Part shown: positions 51,201-63,033 of the stretch, in pieces
Layout of the letters: each line of letters opens with the position of its first letter
Numbering within the stretch: position 1 is the first letter of the stretch
Assembly: GCF_018350175.1 (NCBI RefSeq)
Contig: NC_058368.1
Span: 232,564,001 to 232,628,000 of the forward strand
Direction: 5' to 3'
Length of the DNA: 64,000 nt
Origin: Felis catus
Lineage: Eukaryota
The notes under the pieces: model-generated
Databases searched by the model: none
Seen by the model: only the letters and a program-made list of their open reading frames with translations
Told to the model about the DNA's origin: nothing
Made by a program: the position numbers and the translations under genes

Positions 51201-52864
51201 ACCAAGCAAGAGGCTGAGGCCAACGCATCATGACCCCTGTGGGTCCCCAACTCCTCTGTGTGATCTCCGCTCCAGCCCTCCCTCTCAGCTTCCCTTTAAG
51301 AGATGACAGTGGGAACACCAGGGCTGTTACTATGACTCCTCCCCGTGGCCAGCAATGCCCCAACTTGAATGTGAACAGGGGTCAGCTGAGGATCTCACGC
51401 AACTCAGAGTCTGACTCTGTCATCAGAGAAACGCTCAGAACGTGTGCTATCTGTAAATGACAATGCAAAGCCACTAGTGTGCGCTCAGGCTTAGGAATGA
51501 AAACATTATCAGCTAGTGCCAAAAATGTGCCACACAGATGGCACAGATGTGCCAAAAATGAAATGAATTGCCCATTGTCTAACTATAATAAAACAATTTC
51601 CGCTGAACAAGAGGCATGGTGGCCAAACTCCTTCTCTACTTTGAGCTGACACTTCCATACAGGGCAGAAGGTCATCCACACCCCTCTGCCATTGCACTTA
51701 CCCGAAACGACTCTAACCACCTGATCACTTCCAGATGCAGCAGGTCCGAAGAGACCTAATCCTTTCCTGGTGAAAATCATCCGCCATGAAGTGCGATGTA
51801 AGGTAACGAGGTGCCCATTCTACCCCCACGCAACCCACCTGCATGGATAAGAAGCATTTGTTTACTGATGGGAGAAGCCACAGAAAATATTCCCCACCCC
51901 ACCCCCCATCTCAGAAAGAATGCACTCATGGCGGTCACGAAACTGAGCCTAGAAACTGAGCCTAGCTTCATTTCCACATCACGCCAGCTAGTTTTTTTTA
52001 TTCCCTGAGCCATATGCTCATTTCTTAGCTGAAATACCCTGTGAGTGGTTGTCAAGAACTAAGATTTGCTAAATTTGTGTATTTTTGCTTTTCTCTTAGC
52101 TCAGAATTAGAAACATATGTTCGTCACCTCTGCCTATGAATAGTTCAGCATGAACTATTTTTTTCTCATTTTACTCAGAGTAAATCAGTCAAACAGATAC
52201 CTCTTCAAAGCTGACCCGCCAAAAAACGTGACACGCACAACTTATTTTATTAATTGCGTTTCCTTGCAAACCAGCAAATGAACTCCATTAACTAATATAT
52301 GGCTGTGCATCTTAGTGCCTTAATTAGTGCTGCCTTCAGGTAGGAGATGCTAATGGTGTCATTAAGCTGTGGAAGCCACATGAAGAGCCTTCAAGACCCA
52401 GAGTGCATGTTTGAAGTAAGGACTGATAATGGGATCTGGGACTTTTCATCTCTAGAGTCCTGTCTTTAATGGGGCCATGGCTGCAGCCAAGAATAATTGC
52501 CATCCGAAGACAGCTCCCAGCATGGTCCATGCGGGCCTGCAGGAGTTGGCACAAAAGTTGCTCCTGGGTCAGCCCAGTGGGCATTGAGGATCGGGCTTCG
52601 CGTGTAGTGTGGAAACAGGTGCTTCTCTGCAGGGGTGGGGATGGTGAGGAGTGACGGTTGTCAGCAGCTTAGATGTCATTTAAGGGCATTTAGGAAGGCA
52701 GATGGCCACATCCTGGCCCAGAAGTGATGCTATGCGTAGCGTAATCTTTACAAAATCTGGGACTCATATGTCAAAAGAGAGAGCAGCTATCACTGTCCAG
52801 GAGTTGTAAAGAAAATAAAGAAGATAGGCCAAATTTCTCTACCATAAACCAAGATCAGTCTCAC

Positions 52865-53070
52865 GCCCTCTCTCCTTCTGTCTGCCACATGAGGTCACAG
52901 TGACAAGATGGCCATCTATGGACCAGGAAGAGAGCTTTTACCAAATTCTGGACCTGCCAGCACCTTGTTATTGGACTTCTCAGAGTCCAGAACTGTGAGA
53001 ATAATTGTTTATTGTTTAAGCCACCTGGTCCATGCTTTTTTGTTACAGCAGCCCATGCGCATGAATCCAC
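52865..53070 (+). mobile_element. MLT1A/MST-like LTR, 3' half
   Basis: CAAGATGGCCATCTATG...CCTGCCAGCACCTTG...CCAGAACTGTGAGA...TTGTTACAGCAGCCC. Confidence 0.8.
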
Positions 53071-53321
53071 AATCATCTCAGTAGTTGAAGGAAAGTAGAG
53101 ATATCTTTTTTTCTGGTTTAGGATCAGCACGCTCCCCTTCCCAAACACACCCCCAACCCATAGGAAGCCCCAGGCACGCTTGTGGATCCCTGGATTTATG
53201 CACAGTTTAAGATCCAATACCCGTTCTTCAGAAGAAATGGTTGGGAGCCACACATCAGAGCATCAACTTGAGATGTGAATTTAGGTGTATTTGGTGTATT
53301 CTAATTAAACTTCATATTATT

Positions 53322-53528
53322 GTGTGCCTGGGTGGCTCAGTTGCTTAAGTGCCCAACGTCCTCGGCTCAGGTCATGTTCTCGAGGTTCGTGGGTTCGAGC
53401 CACACATTGGGCTCTGCGTAATAATGTGGTGCCTGCTTCGGCTTCTCTCTCTCTCCCTCTCTTCCTGCCCCTCCCCGACTTGTGCTCTCTCTCTCTCTCT
53501 CAAAATAAATAAATAAACTTAAAAAAAT
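53322..53528 (+). mobile_element. CanSINE
   Basis: Head, (CT)n and A-tail. Confidence 0.92.
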
Positions 53529-54437
53529 TACATTATCACAGTGTGCAAACTTCTCTAAAATAAGGTCATTTTGACTAAACATCCAGTCAGTGAGACTAAT
53601 CATTCCTGCCCATCGTGGAGAGAACAACGCTAGGAAAGTTCCAAGGGCTTTGTGAAGGGACACTGTGAGAAAAGCGACTCTGGGATTACCTGTGTATCTC
53701 GTCTCTTGTTTCCCTTCTTCTTCTACCATCAGAGGGCCCATCACACAGCCCTGCATGTGTTCCTTGAAGTGTGTGCTGTGCATGTGTGTTCAATAAAGAG
53801 GTCTGCACACCAGAAGGTGCTGCAGAGAAGTTGTCCAGGTCAGGGATAGAGATGGAAAGAGATCTGGAGATTTCCCACTCTTGGATTTCCCAGAGCCTCT
53901 CCCATTGAGACATCATGGTAACTCCTTTCCCTCTTCAGTCTGATGCTGTCTTGGGTTGTAAACTATTCAGGAGGTTGTTTCCTAGAAAAAATCCACGAAC
54001 CCAATGGCAAATCTCTCTGCAGGGCTCAGATGTTGTTTAAATATTTTTCCCTTCCTTGGAATTACTAAAGCACTCTTCATATTTCTCCCGATCACTCAGG
54101 GATCTTGGAAACATACGTGGGATTTTAAAACTGACTGCTTCTCCAGGGTCCTAACGGAAACAGTCACAAAGATACTACTTAAAAAATAAGCATAACTGAA
54201 AATCACATATGAGGCATCTTGGCAAAGCAGGGAGAAGAAAGTGACATTATCACTGCCGGAACAATGCCAATGTAGAATTATCTCGCCTCCATTTTATTTC
54301 TTTCTTTATATCTTGATTGTCAATATTTATCATCTGGTGAAATAAAAGAGTAAATAGATTCAAATGAGTAAATAAGTATGTTTTCTTCTTTGGCTGAAAG
54401 TTTATAGAACATCTTCATTAAAAATAACTATATTTGG

Positions 54438-54680
54438 GGGGCACGTGGGTGGCTCAGTTGGTTAAGCTTCTGACTTCAGCTCAGGTCATGAGCTAGCAGT
54501 TCCTGAGTTGAAGCCCCGCATTGTTCTCTGCTGTCAGCACAGAACCGGCTTTGGATCCTGTGTCTCTCTTTCTGCCCCCGCCCCCACTTGTGTGCATGCA
54601 CGTGCACGCATGCTCTCTCTCTCTCTCTCTCTCTCTCCTAAAAAAAAACAAAAACCAAACAATTATTAAAATATCATCAT
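54438..54680 (+). mobile_element. CanSINE with TSD
   Basis: Flanking AAAATAACTA(T/G)ATTTG. Confidence 0.92.
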
Positions 54681-56154
54681 AAAATAACTAGATTTGTTAT
54701 TTACAGAGGTAAAGCAAAATTTCCAATGAGGAGCTTAGCAACTAAACATACGTGTGCGTGAACATAAGCATTTTGAGTCCATTTCCACTCTTTCCAGGTT
54801 AATCTGGGGTAAATCAATTAAGCCAGAGTCCTGCTGAGCAAAGTCCTTCCCTCATTACCCTGTTTTGCCTTTTCCTCTTCCGATTATCACCCAAAGACCT
54901 CTAGGCTTAAAATAGATAGTAATTATTTTCCACCTTTGCCCCCATTGTTCAAAGCAGCCTGTGATGTTTTGGCTGTGACAGTAACACAGAGCTCATTAAA
55001 TCCACACAGAAGGAAGGAACTCACAAGAGCAAAGATTTTGTGCTCAGGGTTAAAGCAACATAAATAACCTTACCTCCACAAACTAAGAATTCCAGGGCCA
55101 ATATCAATCTTAACACTAATATTAGTATAGGTAAAATCTAATGATGATATATACTAATAGTACTATGCCACAAATAAGCAACAGGCAAATAAATCGAATA
55201 GTAAATGAGCATAAGCCTCTGTTATATCATGAAGAAAATACAAAAAGGTGGCTTTTACAATATGGCTGCTAATACTAGGAAGAACAGTGCTAGAAAAGAA
55301 ACCTACGGGCCACTCTCTCTCTTGAAGGTGATTACAAAACTTCTGCACAGAATATCAACCAACTAAGTGAGTTAAAAAGAAACCAATTTGACAGTAAATT
55401 CTATTTGATATAAAAAAAGAGCAAAAAGTAAAATGCACATGACCAATTTGGGTTCGTCTGGGGAATTCAAGTTCGGTTTATCATTTGAAAAATCGTCTAC
55501 ACGCACGCAAGCACACACACGCGCGTGTATCCATGTGAGTTGGCACACACACACTCATACGCATATACACACAACATCATTCTCCTGCAGTCCGTTAGTC
55601 TCCTTAAGGTCAATTAGTAGTTTTCAAACCAAGATTAACACAAATAAGAAAAAATGGTATGGGTTATTAAGGAAATATCTCCACAACCTATTAATGACTA
55701 AAAATACAAATTATTAGACTATATAGTTAGCAACATGTCTTGTGTTTCGAAAACCATATACAACGCAAAATTATTATGTATATATAATCCTTTGTAGATA
55801 CATAAATGATTACATGCATACACTTATGTGGACACATATAAATTTGTATATATGCATATGTATATATAACTGCCAAAGAAAAAACTGGCAAAGTTCAAAG
55901 ACAGAAACCACACTTGAGCAGGGTTGCCTTTGAGGAGTCTGGCACTGGAGTCGGGCTGCCCCATGAGGACAATGTGCTAAGTGAAGCTTCGCCATGTGAT
56001 GCAGGGCAGGGTAACCATTCCCCAGAGGACCAATGTCGGGGTGCTCCCGCCCCTACCCCATCCCGTGTTTTAATAAGTGAAAAGGTACACAAGAAAAGGT
56101 TTGTGACCTTGTTGCTTTTTCCCATGTGAGTATGTTTTAAGATTTGATCCTGAG

Positions 56155-56362
56155 GGTGGCTCAGTCGGTTAAGCATCGGACTCTTGGTGTTGGCTCAGGT
56201 CATGATATCACAGATTGTGAGTTCGAGCCCTGAGTCGAGTTCTGTGCTGACAGCGTGGAGCCTGCATGGGATTCTTTCTCTCCCTCTTTCTCTGCCCCTT
56301 CCCTGCTCGCTCACTCTCTCTCTCTCTCAAAATGAATAAATAAACTTAAAAAAAATTAAAAA
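56155..56362 (+). mobile_element. Slightly 5'-truncated CanSINE with TSD
   Basis: Flanking GATTTGATCCTGAG at 56141-56154 and 56364-56377. Confidence 0.94.
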
Positions 56363-56479
56363 GGATTTGATCCTGAGAAGTAACGATGTGTCAGGAGTGA
56401 AGCACATTGAGGATGTCAGGAAATACTGACAAGCTGTCCTTTGAAGACTGGACCTTTCCATCCCCCAGTGAAAAGACAG

Positions 56480-57520
56480 TAACTGTTGCCCTACATTGTC
56501 AACAAAATTAGATGGTGTCATTCTTTTAGTTTTCAATCTTGAAAATCTTGTGGGAGAAAAATTATAGCCCAATGTGATTTTCACACATCTGTAGGATTTT
56601 CTCTTCTCTAAATTCCCTACGTCTAACCTTGGTGCCCTGGTCTATTGGGTTTTTATGTTTTTTGAGTATTTATAGATTTTTAAGTATAATCTAAATATTA
56701 ATCCTTTATTGTTGTGCATGCAGCAAATGCTTCTTAAGTGTTAAGCTTACATTTTAATTCTACAATGACTTTGTCACATTTAAGCATATTTTTATGATGT
56801 CTATCTACCTTTTTTCCTTGATGCTTCTTGCCATAAAGGGAAAAACTCTCATTTTGTGATTTGTTGGCAAGGTTATTTCCTATACCAATGTTAAAAAAAT
56901 ATATATTTAAAATTTTTTTCCTATAATACATTTACAAGTTTGTTTTGTGTTTATCACCTGATTGTTTCTGAAATTTATTTTTGTGATTCCTTTATCCACC
57001 ACTGATTTGAATATCACCTTTATGAGAAATTGTTCCATATCTATATGATCTCTTAATATTATCTATTGTGCCTCAGTGATTGGCTTATGTATTTTTACGT
57101 CAAGATTAAAATGTTCTAATTACCCTGGATTTATCCTGCACCTTGATACTTGGTAAGGCACATTCCCTTATTGTCTTACATGTCTTTGATTATTCTTGGA
57201 GATTTTTTTCCAGATGAATTTATAATTAGATTATCAAGATAAATAAAAGTGCTCCTGGGAAAGTTTTTATCAAAATTTGGTGATTTTATATTATAATTAG
57301 TACAGGATTGCTCTTTGACTCTTGAGTCTGCCCAAATGGGAAGATTACACACCTCTCCATATGTTCAGGGAATAGACAGATTTTCCATAGTTTAATATAT
57401 GTTTTAAAAAAAAAGCTCTCAGCAGGCTCAGCTGGGATTCCTTTTAGAAATTTTGTAAACTTTTTTGATAGTTATTGCTGGCAGAACTATTGTCTTCTTC
57501 TTATACTATGTAAATGGTTA
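56480..57520 (-). mobile_element. Very old L1ME-like fragment
   Basis: T-rich antisense L1 motifs ATATTAATCCTTT, TTCCAGATGAATTTTATAATTAG, TTCTAATTACC. Confidence 0.6.
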
Positions 57521-58373
57521 TTCCTTTACAAGATCACGCCTTCCGTTCCACTCCTAACGCATGCCAACCAACCCAAATGGAGTCTTAGGGGTCGATAATG
57601 AAACTCACAGCTATACGTTGCAGGGACTTGATTATACTAGGACCTACAGAGAAGCATACAGAAGGCTTCTTCTATTGTCCTCCTAAAAGACAGGGGGCTG
57701 TGTTCACACAGATCTGGCTACAACTAAAGCTGGACTGAGGGGGTACAGTTGGGGCACCAAAGACTCTTCTCTTCTTCCGAGAGTAAACTTCAAAAACTCT
57801 GTTTTCTGGCCACACGTGTGTGTCTGCCTAAAGGAATATCGCTTAGTTGTGTTATCATTTAGTGTAACATCATTACAAAGCTAACATACCATATGTGGTC
57901 TTCCTATCCTTGCTTTTCTCGTTCCTTGATCTTGTTACAAAATTTAATTCACACTATGGCTTACAGCTACAGCAAATTCCTTTTCAGCACTGTTTAATAT
58001 TCTGTGCTGTAAATCCATGACCCCATTGCCGTCTGGATTATTTCCTGTTATGAACAACCTCTTGAATATTCTTAACTCCTGGTAAGATCAGCTAAATTTT
58101 ATATATGTATGTAATCACTGGGCCATAGGGTATGAAAATTTCAACCTTACAGAATATTGCCAAAATTTATTTAAAATACATTTTAAACTTCTTTTTACCA
58201 AATTCACAATAGCTATCAAATATAGATTACATTACAGCAAGTTATCTTCAATGTTAGAGATTTTCAGACTTCCTAATAAAAAATATTTAAAATTATTTTT
58301 AAAATATTTGGTTCTTAGTGCTCAGTATTTTAAATAGTCAGTCCAAGTTTTAAAATACTCTATTTTTTTTCCT

Positions 58374-58592
58374 GGGGTGCCTGGGTGGCTCAGTCGGTTG
58401 AGCGTCCGACATCGGCTCAGGTCATGGTCTCACAGTCTGTGAGTTCGAGCCCCGCGTGGGGCTCTGTGCTGACAGCTCAGAGCCTGGAGCCTGCTTTGGA
58501 TTCTCTATCTCCCTCTCTCTCTGCCCCTCCCCTGCTCATGCTCTGTTTCTCTCTCTCTGTCAAAAATAAATAAACATTACAAAAATTTTTTT
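58374..58592 (+). mobile_element. CanSINE with TSD
   Basis: Flanking AATA(C/T)TCTATTTTTT..CCTG. Confidence 0.96.
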
Positions 58593-58629
58593 GAATATTC
58601 TATTTTTTCCTGTTTTAATGCTTAAGTAG

Positions 58630-58860
58630 AAATTTCTTGTTTGAATTGTATTACTATTTATTCTTGGATTTAAACATAGTGACATAGAGATCTTGAATTT
58701 GCCATCTGAATCACATTTACTTGTTGAAAATATCGACAAGAAGTCCATAAATGTTATATTTGGTAGAAAACTCTGTACTGGGTTTCTTTGAGAAAGTTTG
58801 TAATATTTGTGCTCATACTTAGCCTCAAAATTGCTAAGGGAATTCAATGCAACAAGCTAA
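58630..58860 (-). mobile_element. Possible fossil hAT/Charlie transposase C-terminus
   Basis: ORF SLSNFEAKYEHKYYKLSQRNPVQSFLP...FKISMSLCLNPRIN loosely follows the hAT dimerisation-domain pattern SL.EFW....EYP.LS..A...LLP...R..LS.I.PRI. Confidence 0.35.
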
Positions 58861-59773
58861 ATTTTTGAACATATGACCACGTTATTATGAATATCGCTGA
58901 AGTATCTTGAAATAAATGTCAGGCGTCAATAAAGTTGTGGCTTGTAGGGTAACGCTGTCACTTTTTAAAGATAGCTGGAACATATTTTAATTTTTACACC
59001 TTCAGTGTGAACTACCATTCTGACCACTTCCTGCAGAAAACAGGCTTTATTTTTGCCAAAGCACATATTAAAATAATGAAACACATCAGAGTTGGTTCTG
59101 CTATTGTATCTGGGTGAAGCGTTCTTATACTTACATCTTTCTGCACGAGACAGTTACGCCAAGACCAGCAAAATGAAGAGACTAGTGAGTTGTGAGATTT
59201 CTACATCACTTCATCCTTTGTTCCTGGTCGTGCACAAACAGCCTTGGATTCTCTGAAGGGTCCTGGCAATGACATCAGCCTGTTCACCTCATACCTTTGT
59301 TACGATGGCGGCCCCAGAACATTTCATACGATTTCTTTCCCCTTGCGTGTGTCCCTCCATTTGTGTTGTGTCAGTTTATTGTGAGAACTGAAAGCACATT
59401 TCAGGTTTTAATTCTGGTGACACGTGACAACCTTTCCCTTGATCGGATCAGTATCTTCCCCGTATCTCCTTGGTTTCTGCTCTTTTCCCTTGGGAGCCCT
59501 TCAAGTGCTAGACTCCATTTCTCATCCCTTCTCACTCTGTCTTCTGGTCCCACCTCTGTGTTCATCAATTCAGTTATGAAGAAAGCCCAACTTACCTGCA
59601 GGCAATGGGAGAGCAAAGGGGGATACACAATAGCCTGGATGAAATCATTAACCCTTGTCTATGTCAAGGTCTCAAGGTAGGATTATGGTCATTCTTGTTT
59701 CATCAGATCTTGAATATCTGTATCCTGCGTCCCATAAATGTTTGTTTTCGTGCATAAACAAAGACAGTTTTTT

Positions 59774-59995
59774 AGGGCACCTGGGTGGCTCAGTCAGTTA
59801 AGCGACTGACTCTAGATTTCAGCTCAGGTCATGACCTTGTGATTTGTGAGTTCAAGTCTCCCACTGGGCTCCATGCTGGGAGTGTGGAGCCCGTCTGGGA
59901 TTCTCTCTCTCCCTCTCTCTCTGCCCCTCTCCAGCTCACTGTCACTCTCTCTCTCAAAGTAAATAAATAAACTTAAACACCTAAAAGAATAAGAG
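59774..59995 (+). mobile_element. CanSINE with TSD
   Basis: Flanking AAGAC(A/C)GTTTTT. Confidence 0.93.
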
Positions 59996-60565
59996 AAGAC
60001 CGTTTTTAAAATGAGCGCAGCATACCATGACATTGCTTCTGGGAAGGAATAATGGGGTTTGAGGTGAGGGGGCAAGTGAGGGTAGGAGACATTCCCTCCC
60101 ATCTTCCCAGTGAATTTACCATATGCTTTTCACTTAGCAAAGAATAAGGAACGTCGCCAGGAGTGAGGTGGCTTTGTAGAGGAACCCCCCCCAACATTTC
60201 AGGACATCTTTCCTTGGCCATGGAGGTCCTGATGGAGGTGAACTCAGGAGGGACACTGTGGGAGCAGGGAGGGTTTGGTGACATCTGGGAAGTCCTGTTG
60301 TTGCCACGGCAAGGGTGCCTTTATTCGGGGCGTCCATTCCCACTGGGGAGCTTACGCAAAACACCCATGCACATCATTTAAGAGGTCTGCAAATGTGGGG
60401 AGCCCCTCGAGTTACCAAATAATAGCTCCATTTGGTGGAGAGAGCAGTCAGTGTCCAGGTGTCCTTAAACATAGCAGCTCAAACTCTTGGTATGGTTTTT
60501 CCAATTTATTCCTTAATTTAAAATGGAAGCAAATTATTTCAACTCTTTTGTATGCCTTTGCAAGA

Positions 60566-60667
60566 CAGAGAGAGAGGGAGAGAGAGGAAGGAGAAGAAGA
60601 AAAAGAGGAGGAGGAGGAGGAAGAGGAGGAGGGGGAAGAGAAGGAGAAGAAGAGGGGAAAAGAGAGA
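60566..60667. repeat. Polypurine (GA/GAG/GAA)n tract
   Basis: About 100 nt of uninterrupted purines. Confidence 0.95.
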
Positions 60668-61003
60668 TTTTCAGGAATTGTTCCTGTTATTTTGGAGCTA
60701 ACAAGTTTGAAATCGGAGGCTACTAGGCTGCAGGGCACTAGGAGGAAAATCAGGTAGGGTTTCTATGTTGCAGTCTTGAGGTGGAATCCCCTCTTCCTCA
60801 GGACATGTCAGCCTTTGCTTTTAAAGACTTCAACTGATTGGATGAGGCCCACCCACACTGGGGACCGTCAGCGGCACTATTCAGTGTAGTGACTTAAATG
60901 TCAATCACATCTTAAAATGACCTTCACAACAATATCTAGAATGGTGTCTAACCATACAACTTGGCATCACAGCCCAGCCAAGGTGAAGCCTAAAATTAAC
61001 CTT
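60668..61003 (-). mobile_element. MLT2C/D-like ERVL LTR
   Basis: CTTCAACTGATTGGATGAGGCCCACCCACA...AAATGTCAATCACATCT...GCCCAGCCAAG...AAAATTAACC. Confidence 0.85.
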
Positions 61004-61920
61004 CGGTCACAGAGACATTAAGTAACCTTCTCAAGGTTGCACAGCTAGGAAGTCCAGGTCATATTTTGAAGCCAGTCAGTCTCTCGTGGGGCCCATCCTT
61101 CCAGCTACTGCACTAAACTAGTCTGCTGTCATTAAATTTTGAATGAGTGGATTTCCCTGTTTTCTGCCATTTAAGGAAATCAAATTCCAAACACCAAAGG
61201 GAAAATTTAAAGAGAAACGCTGACACGCATAAAAAGTGAGCCAATCGTGGACACGCACGAGGTTAGAAGGAACCCAAACAATCCAAAAGGGGTGACTGAC
61301 AGCTCCCAGCCTCTAATGAACAATAGGTGCTCGGAGTGTTGGTTTTCTTCAATTAAAGACCCAGGGGCAGGAGAAGCTCTGTGTCACAGAGGAGTGACAG
61401 ATGTGTCGGCCACAGCAGGCAGCTGGGCTGCTGATAAGGCTGAAGATAATGTTTACTGCCTCCATTCATAGGATTCAGAGGGGATTTAATTACTAGGGCC
61501 TTTTCTCCTTCTTTGTACATTTCATGAATTAGGCATTGGGTTTCGGCAACCATTTCCAAGTCATCTACAATTCTCTGGCCACAAAACCAGCTGAGAGCAT
61601 GTCTATGCTTATCATAAAATGAAATCTGGAAAACACTCAAGTCACCTGATGGCTTATTTATGGTAAATATTTAGGTATCTTTTAACACTATCGTATGTTT
61701 TAAATAAAGGCAGTGTAATTACGTTCCAAATCTTCCTGGGGGTCTGTGCACCCACATACTGAGGCCTGGAGAGACACCGGGGATCTTGGTAACTAAACCT
61801 CCGCTGAGTCATTGACGATAAGCGACAGGAGGTTCTGCTGTTGCATATTGTAGAAAATGGAGGTACCGTTGTCAATCGGAAAAAAATAAAGAAAAAAAAA
61901 GTTTCCCCCCTGCAATGAGC

Positions 61921-61957
<37 letters not shown>
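61921..61957. repeat. (CA)n microsatellite
   Basis: Seen directly. Confidence 0.97.
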
Positions 61958-61960
<3 letters not shown>

Positions 61961-63033
61961 GCAGATCCGGAGGTAAGCAGTCATCTTGGATCTAAACAAT
62001 GTCCTCCTCTCACTGAATAAAGGACTTTGTCATTTTACGGTGGACAGCCGGGAACCCAGGAGTTGAAATCAGTGACCCAGGAGGTGAGGTGAGAGAGGCA
62101 GCTCTTTGTTGTTTGTTTTGTTTGTTCATTTTGGACTTTAATGACTGATTTTATAAGAGCTTCACTGGCTCTATGTGCACAGAATTGCTCAGGACCCCAG
62201 GACGTGGAAAGGGCGTCCGGGCGGTGTGCACGAGGCCACGCTTCGATGTTGTCTGATACTCAAGAGCCCAGGACTTGGGAGACTTGGGGTCTGAGGCTCG
62301 GGGCGCCTCCGCCTTCCTAGGGGTCCCCCCAGCTCCCATGGCATAGCCAGGACACCCGTCCCAGAGCCTCAGCTCTGCTGGGCCACCCCCAGGAAGACCA
62401 AACGTCTGCAGGAGCAAACCCTTAGTGGGAGGGCTGCGTGCAGAAATCGGGCGTCCTGGTCGGGGGCCTCGGGACGCAGGTTGATGAGGGAGAGGTCAGA
62501 GGTCCTGTCGGAGTAGGGAGCACAGAGATGGGAGCCAGAGTGGGATGCCGCAGCCAAGGACGGGGGGCAGGGCAGGTGACTTCAAAGAAGGGACCCAGGC
62601 CCAGTAGAATAAACAGCTCCCCGCATGCAGCCCTCCCCTCTCCCTGATCTCAAATGAAGCTCAGGTGTCCTGGGACTCTGGTGCCCGACGTATCCCTTCT
62701 TCTTGCAAAGAGGGCGGCTCTGGTGAGGGTGCTCATGTTTGAGAGGAGGCTCCCTCCAAGCCTGGGGCTTCAGGTCCTGGACCCCACAGGGGTTGGGGGG
62801 CCTGGGCTGGGGCTGTGGACCAGTGGTGCCCAGACTGCGACCACCCGACACAGGGGTAGCAGCCACTCAGGGACCATCAGTTCAGGGCCAGGAGCCCGGG
62901 GCCCATCCTGCACATCTCCAAGGGACCATCATTGGGGACTTCCTGGCTGTTCTGTCCTGAGTGGGACTCCTGAGGCCAGGCTTCCAACTTGGAAGGTGAA
63001 AATATAATCTTGATCAGTAATGCAAAGTGTCCC

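Noticed and set aside
51505..51560. miR-96 gene
   Set aside because: Only 12 contiguous nt match the mature miRNA, there is no precursor hairpin, and no miR-183/182 neighbours are seen.
51720..51785. Minus-strand ATGA-N11-AAA...TGA resembling a SECIS element
   Set aside because: Helix II pairs poorly and no selenoprotein ORF lies upstream.
52139..52165. Hairpin plus T-run resembling a Rho-independent terminator
   Set aside because: Eukaryotic DNA with an AT-rich stem; kept only as a palindromic motif.
3126..59970. Recurrent ORFs such as MAQSVKRPTSAQVMISRSVSSSP and ERETEHERGRGRERGRHRIGNRLQA
   Set aside because: These are translations of CanSINE copies, not a gene family.
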